Shown: positions 1 through 12,453 of the stretch, in pieces
How positions within the stretch are numbered: the first letter of the stretch is position 1
Layout of the letters: the number at the start of each line of letters is the position of its first letter
Assembly: GCA_004764695.1 (NCBI GenBank)
Contig: SMSO01000031.1
Span: 9,468,761-9,532,760 of the forward strand
Direction: 5' to 3'
Length of the DNA stretch: 64,000 bases
Source: Schizochytrium sp. TIO01
Lineage: Eukaryota; Protista; Bigyra: Labyrinthulomycetes
Translations under genes and position numbers: made by a program
Notes under the pieces: generated by a model
The model's input: only the letters and a program-made list of their open reading frames with translations
What the model was told of the DNA's origin: nothing
Databases searched by the model: none

Positions 1-2
1 TA

Positions 3-563
3 TTTGGAGGCTTCGCTATAGGCACGTTTCTACCGCAGTATTTTAATCGTCGATTCCCTGACTACGCTCGGGAATATAGCACTCTCAATGCAGTTCTACT
101 TACGTTAGCCGGTGCATCTAGCTCCTACCTAGGGGGAGTTATTTCGGATAAATGGCGGCAGTATGATCCTCGTGGTGCTGCGTGGGTTCCTGCAATTGGA
201 TCTAGTTGCGGCTACATCCCTTTCCTTGGGGTGCTTTTTGCCAACAATTTTTATTTAGCCATGTTCAGCCTCATGCTAGAGTATTTCGTCGCAGAAGGTT
301 GGTTTGGCCCAGCGATCTCAATCTTGCAAGGGCGCCTCCCAGCTAATGTCCGTGGCACCTCTATTTCCATTTATATGTTTGTGGCAGGCTTAGTTGCAAG
401 TCTTGCTCCGAGTGGTCTTGGTGAACTAGATGATGGGGTTAGCTGGACAAATCTTCGATTCTATCTCGCTATTTTTGTGGGAGTTTCTTATCTTGGGAGC
501 GCTGTGGCTTTCTTAGCTGTTGGATCTGTTATCCATCACCCTGCACCTATTGAAAGATATTAG
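3..563 (+). CDS. MFS transporter (spinster-like), C-terminal part; 5' end lies outside the window
   Basis: Frame 3 is open from base 3 (FGGFAIGTFLPQYF...LAGASSSYLGGVISDKW...WVPAIG) into ORF 231-563. It has several TM helices, an MFS loop motif GGVISDKW, and GPAISILQGRLPANVRGTSISIYMF, typical of the spinster/MFS C-terminal half. Confidence 0.8.
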   Translation, partial: FGGFAIGTFLPQYFNRRFPDYAREYSTLNAVLLTLAGASSSYLGGVISDKWRQYDPRGAAWVPAIGSSCGYIPFLGVLFANNFYLAMFSLMLEYFVAEGWFGPAISILQGRLPANVRGTSISIYMFVAGLVASLAPSGLGELDDGVSWTNLRFYLAIFVGVSYLGSAVAFLAVGSVIHHPAPIERY

Positions 564-2809
564 TGCGCCATCCTAGTAATACAGCTGCAAGACCTGCTAA
601 TGCACTTTGTAGGACTTTCACCGCATTTGTTTATTCTGCAAATAATTCGGTCATCAAAACAATGGCAAGTGAAGTCAATACAGACAGGCTATTATCGCTA
701 GTTTCCGAGGATTCGAATAACTGTGTGCTTGTATGTTTAGCACCTTAATAGTGTCCAACTTCTATTCGTAATTTCAGCAAATATAATGTCATTGGATCAA
801 TATCTTCGTATCTTATTTTTTTATGTTTTCCCCAAATTAGCTTTTACTGCGCTGGACATGTGTTATCTGATATTGCGCCTGTGATAAAATTTGAAGCACT
901 ACCAAGGCGAAAATGAAGAATTGTGTACACCATGGTATCACAATCGATACGTGTACACTCCATGAGCTCGTAGTTCGAGCCGCCACAAAGGATCGAATTC
1001 TACATCGAGAAATTTTACGCCCACACAAGAAATCCAAGCTACCAAAATGGTCTTACGCAGCCTAAAGGGCTTGGTCGAACAGAACGAATGAAGCAAGGCT
1101 ACAAGTCAAAGCAAGGACTATATAGGTTTAATTCTTCCTGTCGCGAGATGTACTGAGTGTGGTGATCTAAGACAAAGATTGCTATTGTACAAGTACATGA
1201 GAACATGATTACCATCAGTGTAGGGTCTTTGCAGACTTCGAAGAGACCGAGCTAAGTTGTAAGTAGGGTGTGAGGATTCAACATGTAGAAATCACACCAC
1301 CCCCATTCTTTCATTGAAGTCTCTGTGCTTTTAAAAGGCGAGATTCTTGGAAGTTCGTCGTCGCATCGCATCTCAGTATATTACCCATCAAAATTCATTA
1401 CAACAAACACAAGTACATAAATATATATATATATTTATTAATCCAGTTCATCTATACTTGACTCAATAGTACCCCTGCGACCCATTACCTGATGATTAGG
1501 CTTAAAATGGTAATCTTAGCGAATTTCATATTGCTGGTGCTTGCTTTGGTATAATGAATTTTATGTAGTATCACTCGGCAAACAGGATCTAATCTAGATT
1601 TTTGCTGTAAGCATGCTTTACCTCTACTAGTGGTTCCTTCACGACACTTTATATACCTCCCTTGTTTGAACTGGCTTTGTAAATGCGTTTCTTATCAAGT
1701 ATACCCTCTTTGACAGTAGCCTCATTTAACTATATCTCCCTACAAGAGCAATTATGCACTGAAGCTGTACCATTATTTTATTCTTTTAGTTTTAAAGTTA
1801 TTGTCCCACTGCGTTGTTTGGACCTATTACATGCAATTATGCTGCAGTTAAGTTTCAAATTGCACATACCAGTACTGTCTTTTCTGCTAAGAATATTTAT
1901 CTCATTACAGTGAGCCGTAAAGCTGACACCTTTTCTGCAAGCCTACTTCTAGTTAAATAACTTCACTTAAATGGTTTTTCAGAAATGAGTATACCTTACA
2001 TCGGCGTTGAAAACGTTTCCATCTTACGAAAGCCTAATTACTCCCGAGATTATTCAAGCAAGCTTCACCGCAAAAATTCACCCAAGCCGGCAGATCTTTA
2101 CATCTTAACTTTTCTCCTAAATCACATCGTTCAAGTCCGTATCGTTCTTTTACATTAGTACAAATACAAAATGCCGTCTTCGTCCTTCTATACAAATCAA
2201 GACTTGTTGACATGAACCTTACCACTACAAATATACAAATTGACTCCACGGACTTTATTTTACTCGAATTGTCACTGAAGCAGCTATTATCGCGTACTAC
2301 CAGGATATCCACACTTCCTGATGAATAAGACAATCAAAGGATGGATTCTCAACATTGATTATTCGAAAATGTGTCAAAGCCCACATTTTCACTTTAGTTA
2401 ATTTAACGATTGGAACAGAGCTGAATGCAGCATTGCGCATTTCAGCATAGCTATCCACCTTGCATCTTTGGCAACAAGTAGTACAAGCTAATCGCTCAAT
2501 TCGAATAGTACATACCTTGTGGAAACTATTAATGATTTATAATAATTGTAGGACTGCACCATCTTTGGTCTTCATGTAAGCACGCGTAAGCTTAAAGGTA
2601 TATAATATACGAGGACTTACAAGGGGCATTTCTGACAGCAGTTAGCGAAGCATGATTGAAATATTTTGAAGTTTTTATGCATTAATCATCAGCATAAGAG
2701 ATGTATGGAGGTGGGAGTCTTCTTGGAAACATTTTCAGTACCTAGAAAATAGAGATCTACAGAATAAAAGTTGGGGAGGTATGTTGAGCATTTAGTCTTA
2801 CATTCTACT

Positions 2810-3010
2810 ATATCTAGTTCTTTAGTAATGTTACGAAGACGCATATAGTACTCGCTGGATTCATATTCCAACTCGGTCTGCAAAACATCCTCCTCACGAA
2901 ACGAAACGATCTATCTATGCTCGAACTACACTTGTCCGCCACTATCATAAGATCTGAGAAGTAATTCCATTCTGTATTTGAAATCATGAACGGGACTTCG
3001 CCATTCCCCT
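2810..3010 (-). pseudogene. Frameshifted BTB/POZ (KCTD/T1-type) domain relic
   Basis: One frame reads EWNYFSDLM...SIDRSFRFVRRMF. The overlapping frame continues QTELEYESSEYYMRLRNITKELDIV. Together they fit the pattern xxSYFxxL...FIDRxxxxFxxI...GELxYxxLxxYxxxxLxxxLD. Confidence 0.4.
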
Positions 3011-3480
3011 TATGTACATGACGAATATATACAGTCTTTAATGTAAGACTTTGAAATTCAGTTACTCGCTTCGATGGCCTCATACAGTTTTACTATGCTA
3101 TTTCTATTATTGATGTAAAGTAGTATTGGTGATGTTCTACGGAATAACTTAATAATTGCTGATGAATAATTCAGCCCTTATGCACGTAGTCGTATCGGTA
3201 AAAAAAATCTCACCATGTTGCAAAAATGTAACATACTTTTAGAAAAACGTGAAAGTAAAATCTATGTATGTTTTCGATAATCTGATGACAATTTACCTAA
3301 ATGTAAGGCCTCTGAAGTAATATCGTGAGGAGATATCAGCAGATACCTCAATCAACGTTACAGCAAAATTATGAGTAGAGTTATCTTCAAGTCTGGTAAG
3401 AAATGGGGATATTCGCCAAGTAATTTCTTATAATGGTGATGAAAAGTTTGCTCCTTTCCGAAGACCTCATCCAATTTCCA

Positions 3481-3740
3481 TTAGCAAATGCGAAGGTATC
3501 GCGTTGTCATTACTGATAAAACCTTTGCTGAGGAATACAAAAGTAGTTTGCACGTCAATTCAAATCTTCCGCGGCTTACTCGACAGAATAATTGTATTAC
3601 AAAGACTCGTAGATTCCTTTGTAAACCCAAATGCCAGTAGTGCGTATCGGGATACGAATTGTCAAGAATGTTTTCAGTGGTTCTTTGAAAGATCATTTAA
3701 ATTAGATTGAACAGTTATTTTCAGAGTTATGAAGTCATTT
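3481..3740 (-). pseudogene. Second, more decayed BTB/POZ-like relic
   Basis: ENDFITLKI (frameshift) IFQRTTENILDNSYPDTHYWHL resembles the T1-BTB N-terminus (ITLNVGG..F.TT..TL...PDT). Confidence 0.25.
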
Positions 3741-6119
3741 TCAATTTGGGTGGTGTCTGATTAAGTTTTAAACAGACTCTAGTAATCCTTTTAAGTCAGA
3801 GTCTCCTTTGAACCATATTTCTATTTTTTTTAAATCAGAAGAACTAAACCAGAACACATTCATCAAATTGAAAATAACACTTCTCTCATTCGCGCCTAGG
3901 CTCTTGTCAAGCTTGTCTTATGGCTCATTGTGGTTCTCATCTAAACCATTAGATCTCATTCCAAGTGTTGTCTTGTCCACTAGTTTAGTTTATTCCCTAA
4001 AGTAAATATAAAGACGCAAAAAACTAAATGCAGTCTTTGAAAACAGGCCATGATTCATTATACCCATTGTTCGCATCCTTTCTCCAGGAATCCCAAAGCG
4101 CACAATCATAGAGATTCACTACGTTGAAGCTTCTAGGTTCTTAGACATTAAAATTGGTAGAAGTACACACTCATCGGTAGGGTAGCTGAGGACATGGGAA
4201 AATATTCATGAACAGCTTGACTTATCTAAAACTTGGAGAGGGCTTAACAACTTCGGATTATCAGCCTTATAATATCACTAGAGTAATTCTCTTCATTCTA
4301 AATTACTCTCTTCATATCGCACAGACATGATAACAACGTCATTGAAGTAGCAAGGTGGAGATTTGGGTGAGCTAAATTAGCACAACGACAAATGTGTTCC
4401 TGTTTGATGAATTAAAAGATTATCTATCTCCAATAATCAATCGCCACCCCAAACCAACGAGCATTTGGTAGGTAGTAGCAGTAGTAATAGTTCGACTTGC
4501 AAGCTAACTATCATCAACAGCAAGTGACCTGCGGAATGTATCTTCATTATCCTCGTCAGCCACCCAAGACCATTCATCCATTCAAAGCAGCATACCACTC
4601 ACTACCTCTTATCATCATAACTAGTTGCATAGGTTCCTGAACATGCTTCTATGGAAACGCCTTGTGTCCATTAACCTCACCATGGTTCCATTCCTAAGCT
4701 GCCCAAAAATACCCTCGTAACGACCAATTCAACTTCTCGAAGCCAATCCTCAAGTACATCAGTACTACTACAACCACAACGATTGATATCCCTAGGCTCT
4801 TCCAGTCTTCGCCACCATCCATTCACCCGCCCTGCGATCCACCCATTCTTAAGAGTCTACGAGTCCATACTACCTCATTAGCACCGGTTAAGAGGGCCTT
4901 AACAAGTAGACTAAAAGGTATTTACAGAGAAGTAAGTGGAGGTTATTAAGGGCCTTTGCGAAGGCCTTCAGAAAGGCCTTGGAGGCGCTCAAAGCAAGAG
5001 CAAATCCCAAACTCCAGCCTCGCTGGAGCCAACTGAGAAGACCCCCATGCTCGACGATGGGTGAGGCTGGCGCGGTTCTGCCGCCGGCAGCCCGACGTGA
5101 ACGTGCCGTGCAGCTCTGGGCCCACGCCTTGGCGTCGCAGCCCGAGCTCCCGTGCGAAGTGCAGCTCCGGAGCCAAGAATTAATGGTTACCGATGGAGCT
5201 CATAATGTTCAGCCCGAAGACGGCCAAGATCAAATTTTGGCAGTGTCTGGGAGGCAGGAACGTGTGCTATTTGCGTGTAGAGGCGTTGTTGAGACCACTG
5301 GCATTAAGAAGCTGAAGGTCTCTCTTGATGAGGAAACCGTATTGGCCCTCATTGGCGCAAACGCAAAGGAGTCTAGGTGAGGAAGCAGTGTTGTTCTGTA
5401 CACTGATGAATCTCATTTGGCCTCCCTGAGGTTACCATACTTCGGCAAGCACTAAAAGAACTATTAGTTCAAGCAAAAAAGAAGAGCATACATATATTCT
5501 TCAACAGGTACGTACTTCACAAATTTGAAGTCCCCTCTTAAGTATTGCTACAACAAAGCTAGTGAGTAAGATCTTAAAGATGAAAGAAGAAGAGCATGCG
5601 CGATATGAAGACACAATTTTAACCTTCTTTCCCCGTATGATCGGCACTGATTTGAATCAAGAAGGCCAGATAGTCTCTTTAGCCAGGGCTGTCGTTCGGC
5701 ATCTGATCGTTCTCGTGCTCATTCTTCGTTCTCTTTAAGCTTACAGCTCTAGTTAAGACACACCAAATTGTTGTTAGTTGTTCCAGGCATGTATTGTTCT
5801 ATGTTATGATCATTTTCTTGTACCATTGGCGTACGTCTTGAGCCCTGCGTTATATTGCTATTGTATTTAAGCAGCTGGAAATGACGAGTCAAACCGAATT
5901 AGGAAGAGCCGTATGAAAGTATCACGTGTTTAGAAACCGGTTTCTGCTTCGGATTCCTGTTTAGTACACTCTCGTATAAATTTTGGACTCCCGTACGCAA
6001 TGGTAGATGAAGAATCAAATGATCATTGTCAAATAGTGCAATGAGGCCTGTAGAGCCAACTGTATCCGTATATTCACAAACATCAGTACGCGCCTTATTC
6101 AGATTAGATTGGATATGGT

Positions 6120-7200
6120 GATGTTATGGTCCAGTGATCGTAGATGAAATGGGTAATTTACGCCTGACGGTGCAAAACACCGGTGATGACAACATGCACA
6201 TCCGAGAGGGCATCCTGTTTGCTGCGGACGCAGTTGACATGCAATTGTTGATGTCGAGCTTTGTAGACAATATTTGATCTTGCTGGGATGAGGTTATTCT
6301 TTGTTGAATTGAACATTTTTTCCTAACTAACTATACTGTTGTGTCAACCTTTTAAAACTACAGAATGTAAATGCATATTTCATTCATCTCCCTCTAGGTG
6401 ATGTAATTTGCCTTAACTGTGTATCTGGACGAAGACGGCCAGCAAGATTGCTTGCCCTCAAGTGATGAGAAACGCAACGGGCGGACTGAAATTGGTGATG
6501 CTATCGTTGTTGTGTACAATCTTTTTTTTCTGATGAAATAGCACTGCGTGTCTTGCGTGCCTCTCAGATCCAGATCTCGGTTCTTTCTAATAGATGAAGT
6601 GTGTTTTGATCGCACTAAATCTTTTTCCCCCCCCTTTAAATAATCCCATTTGGATATTTCTGAACATTGTCTTTTCATTTAGTTTTCCTACCTGCCTTTT
6701 TTTTTGCAGGGTGTTCCTCCTGGTCTTGTTGATACGGATTGTGTAGTTGTAGGTTGTCTTCTGGCGTCAGCGATGTCGGTTGTTACTTTTCACGCCGTGA
6801 GGCCATACCGTAACGTAATTCTGATGAAGAATGTACACGTTTGTGAGATGTACTCAGAGCAAAACGAAGTTGGATAGCTGCATATTATGAAGGGGTGACG
6901 AGTGTTTCTTTCTTCAAAATTTTACTAGAGGAGTACTGCTCTGCAACGTAAAAGGAAGAAAGAAGACAAATTATCGTGTTTTGCTTAGTGACAAACTTAA
7001 CAAAATTGGCCCCCCTGAGGAGCACCTTTGGAGTTATCGCTTGTCTTTCATAGGAATGTGGAGAGCTGGAATCGCACTTTTCACGACCTGCAAACGACGG
7101 TGGACACTCCATAAGAGGAGGTGGCTTGCTTACTATTACCATGCACATAGCTCAGGTTTCTTCAATTTGAAACTGGCAGCACGAACTTCACAGGAAGTCT
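6120..7200 (+). mobile_element. Highly eroded LTR retrotransposon (Ty3/gypsy-like) pol remnant
   Basis: Integrase-core-like pieces occur in order across frameshifts: KILLEEY (~6915), RVLLSD (~6975), RNVESWNRTFHDL (7052-7090; cf. NGxVERxNRTL) and WLAYYYHAHSSGFF (7122-7163; cf. AYNxxxHSSTGxSPF). A dUTPase-like stretch PVIVDEMGNLRLTVQNTGDDNMHIREG lies upstream at ~6130-6210. Confidence 0.35.
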
Positions 7201-8450
7201 ATAGGACTGACAGAAGAAGAAAATTACTAATTGCTGGGGGTCTCAGAATGTTTGTCGTTATTCTCGGGTTATAGTAACAAAGTTTTTGCTTCAGTAAAGT
7301 GCCAAACATTTTTTCCACTTTTGATCTAATCTGCTGCCCTTTCTCTAGTCGACTAAGGCTACAGCAGAAGAGTTGCTCAATTTAGTATAGAGTTCTGTGA
7401 TCCTCAGTGTGAGACCATGAGCCCTCCTTCACTCACTGAGTATGACATGCAGATAGACGAGGTAGGAAAAATAAGACGGCAACGTTTTCGTCATCGCACC
7501 TCTGAACCTTGAATACAGCATTTTCGAACTCCATTTGTGATCTATTCTTGCTCGTTGCGGAGGGTTAGAGAATATGCAAACTACTCGAAGCGAGATCTGT
7601 CACAATGTCGTTGCTGCGTTGCTGCCAGCTCATAGATCCGATTATGGCTTTTGGTGACTCACGTTCAAAACCCCCCATGAGAAAAGCAAATAAATAGATT
7701 TACTCTATTATGTGTTTGGACTTGCTAAATGGGGTGAAGCGTCCAGCGCATCCATCCATTTATCCATTTACCCATCTATTATACGTCCATTTATTATCCA
7801 CCGAACTCCGAACAGAGGCTTGGTGATGTCACGGCGTTTCTTCGTCACAGCCATCTATTGGATTGGCATTCAGTTCCTTGAGCTGAGTATTACCGTATGG
7901 AGAACAACGTTTTCCTCAAACGGAGAAAGAGAGTTTCCTCAAGGCCACAGACTTATAGCCGCTCTGCGGTTTTCTATTCCATATCTTTCATCAGAGCGCG
8001 CCCAACATGAATCACTTCTGTGCAATAGCATGATCTCTTCGTTTAGAGCTGGACATCTTGCCAAGACTAGTTGAGCTGCAACAACTACAATGCATAATGC
8101 CTTACGTTCAAGAACTAAGACGAGATTAAAATATTCGCAAGAGCACAAGGTAAGCTTCTGGCTCAGATATGCACACGCAGTGCTTTGCCCAGCCTAAACA
8201 ATCCTCACAAATCTCGGAAAGATTCTCGCAATCATTGCGGAGTCTTGTTAAGTGCTTCCTTTGTTCGTACAAGTGAGTCCAAGTCGAACTAAAAATGAAT
8301 AAAGAAATTGAAATGGAGAGAATAGAGAAAAGTGGAAACACACATATTAGGTAAGTAGGAGACATTACTTGTCCAAGTTGGTGTGCCAGTCTCATTTTGC
8401 GAACTCGAGCTCACGAAGGTTAGGTCCTTTGGTGGCGCTCTCGATTGCTG

Positions 8451-10361
8451 ATGTCGCTGCCGGGGTCCCCCGAGCCTTCGAGCCCTGCTCGTGGTGCGCG
8501 GAGAAAGCTCTGGCATCTGCTCGGCAGCAGCGGCGACAGCTCCGGAGGCCTCCAGAGCGAAGATCTTCAACAGAGCGCGGCTGCCAAAACAGGACAGAAC
8601 TCTGGCTCTACAGCAAGTCTCGAGTCAAAACAAAGAGGCACCACAGCGCCTGCGGCTTCGGGTCTCCAACGAGGTCCTGACGCAATCAACGTCTTTAGAG
8701 ACGAGACCAAGACCTCGCAAGTGGACGCCAGAATGAACAAGAAATCCGACGACGATTACGTCAGTAGTAGCACTCTCGAATTCGTCAAAAACGAGTTTGT
8801 CGAAAACGAAAACATGGATGCCACATTTGGTGAAATTATTGATAAGATCGCTGCTGATGAAGTAGAACCTATGACGATTGGGGGTTTCGGCAATAGCAGC
8901 GAGTTTATGATCAGCAGCGAGTTCAGCAGTAGCGGTGACTTGGCCAGTAGCAGCGGCTTGAATCTGAGCGTGAACACAGGAGTGAACCAAACTTTGGGAA
9001 CTGGCGGAAATTCAGGGAATAATGCGAATGCGGAGGCCTTTGTGAAGGTCAATGTGGCTGGAAGGGGTCGCCCAATGGAGCTCAACGAGCTTGTTTTTGT
9101 ACAATGCCTTCGCGACGGTCATCGGGATGCAATCAATGTTATGGAATTTAGCCCTGAAGGCATGTTCTTGGCAACAGGCGGTAAGGATTGTGCTGTTGTT
9201 ATATGGAGGGTCTTACAATATGATAAGGAGCAATATGAGCAGACTGAGCCACAAGCACCGTGTGATGTCGCAGGAAACACTTCTGGAGAGCCCCGAGGCC
9301 CAAAACTGTTCTCGAGTGACCCATGGCAGGTCTTGCGCAAACACACAAAAGAGATCACATGCATGTCATGGTCACGGAGTCAATTTTTATTATCAGGGTC
9401 TGCAGACGCCACGGTTGTCCTTTGGCACGTGCAGCGGGACGAGTGCTTATATATCTTCAGACATAGAAGTCCCGTGACAAGTGTGAGCTTTAGTCCTGTA
9501 AGTGATCTCACCTTCGCATCAGGCGCCGAGGATCGCTATGTTCGCGTTTGGAGCATTGAAAAGGGTGCAGTTGATCACTGGTCAAAATTCGCCTCTGGGG
9601 TGCAGTCGCTTTCTTTCTCTGGCGATGCCCATATGTTACTTGTAGGCACCGATGATGGCGAGGTTCGTTTTATGCGTGTAGATTCAAAGAAAGGTGGTCT
9701 TGAATTTTTCACTCAAATAGAATGTCGCAATCGAAGAGGAATTCAACGCAAGGGTAAACCTGTTGTAGGAATGCAACCATGCATACTTGGCGGTAGCAAT
9801 GGAAAAAATGGCGCTGCTCAAGATGCCATCCTTGTGTCAACAAAGGACTCTAGGGTCCGATTATGTTCGATGGACTCCTTCGCTTGTGTTTGCAAATTCA
9901 AGGGTGCTAGTAGTAATACCTTGAACATCAAGGCGCGGATCAAATCATCTGGATCGCACGTTATCTCTGCCTCCGAAGATAAACATGTATATGTATGGAA
10001 TATTATGGAACAAGAACCCGATGGCGCTCTCGCGAACTCCAAAAAGCTTCTTGGCACGGTTGTTAAAAAGTGCAGTGCCTGGGAAAACTTTCAGGGCCAC
10101 TCCGCTATGGTCACCCAGGCGGACTTTGCGCCAGATAAGACGCTTCGGGTTGCTCGAAATCGCAAACCTCCTGCATCCTCCTCCCCAGCGAAGCCGCTAG
10201 CCTCTGCTCAATCATTCTACCAACAACAGCAACTGCAGCAACAACTGCAGCAGCAACACCAATGGGTGAGCGCTTTGCATGGTTGTATTATCGTCAGCGC
10301 AGATGTGCATGGCCACATTCACATCTTTGAAAACGTTTCGACCTTCAAGGCCGAGGAATAA
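8451..10361 (+). CDS. WD40-repeat protein, WDR44 (Rab11-binding protein)-like
   Basis: Disordered Ser-rich N-terminus, then WD repeats (GHRDAINVMEFSPEGMFLATGGKDCAVVIW; HTKEITCMSWSRSQFLLSGSADATVVLW; HRSPVTSVSFSP...FASGAEDRYVRVW). ILVSTKDSRVRL and CKFKG..N..IKA are WDR44-family features. First ATG is at 8451. Confidence 0.85.
   Translation: MSLPGSPEPSSPARGARRKLWHLLGSSGDSSGGLQSEDLQQSAAAKTGQNSGSTASLESKQRGTTAPAASGLQRGPDAINVFRDETKTSQVDARMNKKSDDDYVSSSTLEFVKNEFVENENMDATFGEIIDKIAADEVEPMTIGGFGNSSEFMISSEFSSSGDLASSSGLNLSVNTGVNQTLGTGGNSGNNANAEAFVKVNVAGRGRPMELNELVFVQCLRDGHRDAINVMEFSPEGMFLATGGKDCAVVIWRVLQYDKEQYEQTEPQAPCDVAGNTSGEPRGPKLFSSDPWQVLRKHTKEITCMSWSRSQFLLSGSADATVVLWHVQRDECLYIFRHRSPVTSVSFSPVSDLTFASGAEDRYVRVWSIEKGAVDHWSKFASGVQSLSFSGDAHMLLVGTDDGEVRFMRVDSKKGGLEFFTQIECRNRRGIQRKGKPVVGMQPCILGGSNGKNGAAQDAILVSTKDSRVRLCSMDSFACVCKFKGASSNTLNIKARIKSSGSHVISASEDKHVYVWNIMEQEPDGALANSKKLLGTVVKKCSAWENFQGHSAMVTQADFAPDKTLRVARNRKPPASSSPAKPLASAQSFYQQQQLQQQLQQQHQWVSALHGCIIVSADVHGHIHIFENVSTFKAEE
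10220..10262 (+). repeat. CAA/CAG repeat encoding a polyQ-rich tract in the WD40 gene
   Basis: YQQQQLQQQLQQQHQ. Confidence 0.8.
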
Positions 10362-11727
10362 GTAAATCTATGGGCATTTGACACAAATAGCCGTGCTTGC
10401 CCTTCTTTATCTGTTTGTGAGGATCTGCCCTGAATTCAGCCTCGCAATTTTGTACCAAAACACACACTCACATCATCGCGTAGCCTTCAATTGCATGATG
10501 TGTAGGTAGAGTAGTATAGGAGTTGTTCACACACGCACAAAGGATCATAGTTTCTGTTTACTTCTATATTACATGTTATACTTGAATAGTTATCTTGAGA
10601 GCGGCTGGGCTTGAAGATGACCAAATGTTGCTGTACAGTTTGCACGATGCTCAATTAAGACACATTGGTCATCCGATGGGGTGAGTTTTCTATTGCAATG
10701 TTTAAACTTGAAAAGCACGTCAATATGAAAACTTCATTTGTTGATATTTGAGAGACCTATGTCATAATCTCTACTTTAGAAAGGCCTATCTTCCAAATCA
10801 ACGAACAGTAAACCCACTCGTACTTTCTTGAAATGTCAAAGCAAACATATTTTCGCATTTGCACATCTTGGGAAAAGAGGGGCTGAGTAAAATTTGAGAT
10901 TTGCGAATATTGTTTTGTTTCATGTTGTAATGTGGATATTTTACTCATGAGACATGATAGGAATAAAAAAGAAGAGGTTTTCACTATATTGCTGAGACAA
11001 TATTTCAACGAACCTTTTTCTAGAGATTTTCTAAGAACCTGAGTACCTTGAATAAAAATCATATGCTAGTTTTAAAAAAAGAAAAAAAGAATAAAGCGCC
11101 TAAAAATTGAGAGCACTAAAGCATATTGGCCAATGAGACCTAGTCCTGTTCTTATAAAAGAGCCTAAAGTGATACATGGTTCTCAGCCAATCTTGAACGC
11201 GGCAAATTGAACGCAAATGGAAAGTGGAGTGATTCAATATTTGGTGCAAGCACGTTACCTTGAAAAGTAACGCAGGCTGCAAATATCATCTATCATACAC
11301 CGTGTAGATCTAGCTTTGCGACAGGCTCTCAGACTATCTAAGTGCTAACACATGGTGAACAATCGTACCAATTCAAGCCGTAAGCCATTCTCGCCTCATG
11401 GTTGTAAGAACGTTGTTGTATAAAATTGAAATGTACGGGAAAACTTATGGATCCATACAAAGATTTGGAGGTGAAAGTGACAAGAGAGTGAGAATACACA
11501 GAACAGACAAGTGTCACATCTAAGCGTCAGTCAGTTGAAGTTGCTTGTGCTATAGTTTGGTCTAGCCAGCAAAAGAGATGATGATCACCAATAAAGACTG
11601 ATGTCCCCTTGTTGACAGGACGAAGTTTTATGCTAGCTCAAAAGAGGTATGCGGACTATGTTAACTACCTTTTCTAATTGAGAGAGGCTAAGAAATAGCT
11701 TGCTAGTGTTAAAAGTGTGGATGCCCT

Positions 11728-12453
11728 CTAGATACTAGCACCACATTCGAGAGAGAGGACAGCTTGGCGACATTTACCTCCAGAGTGTTGTGCCACCATT
11801 TCGGCCACGCGTTCAGGGTCTTTCTCAAAAACATATCCTACGTGCTCGGAAGAGAGCTTGAGTGTGAAGGATCCAGCCTCACCAGAGTCTGGAGGGCGGC
11901 TTCCAGAAGCGTCTGCATCAGTGAGGTTAAGCCTAAAGAAGCAACGCCGCTTTAGAGTCCTAGCTCCATTTGAAAACACTGCAAGGTCAAGGCGGTCCAA
12001 GCGCATCCTCACATCGATCCCAGTTTCCTCAAAAAGCTCACGAGCGGCCCCGTATGCAGGGCTAGCATCTGAGAAGTCAAGATTGCCTCCAGGTAGCTGG
12101 CCATGGATCCCTTTGCGATTCTTAAATCCCTTGAGGACTAAATATCCTAGATCCTCGTGGCGAGCAATTACAAACGCTTTAATTGGTCTTTCTTCACCAG
12201 ATCTCGGCGAAAATCCTGTATCTTGATTATTGGCATCCCGAATTTGATTTTGGTCCTGGTTCTGAGCCCCATTGCGTTGATGTCCGGTGCTTTCAGATCC
12301 TCGGTTTCCGTTTTCATGACCTCCTGGGAGCAACGTGGACGATTCAGAAGGCGCTACGGGGCGGTCTTCTCGCTCTGCGGATGTCGATTCTTGCTCATGC
12401 TTGCCACTTAGCATCTCCGCACACCGCTCCAGTGCTGCCCAGCAAGCCGCCAT
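11728..12453 (-). CDS. Nudix hydrolase
   Basis: Nudix box variant LPGGNLDFSDASPAYGAARELFEETGI and downstream SSEHVGY. Low-complexity N-terminus. First ATG is at 12453. Confidence 0.85.
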   Translation of the reverse strand: MAACWAALERCAEMLSGKHEQESTSAEREDRPVAPSESSTLLPGGHENGNRGSESTGHQRNGAQNQDQNQIRDANNQDTGFSPRSGEERPIKAFVIARHEDLGYLVLKGFKNRKGIHGQLPGGNLDFSDASPAYGAARELFEETGIDVRMRLDRLDLAVFSNGARTLKRRCFFRLNLTDADASGSRPPDSGEAGSFTLKLSSEHVGYVFEKDPERVAEMVAQHSGGKCRQAVLSLECGASI

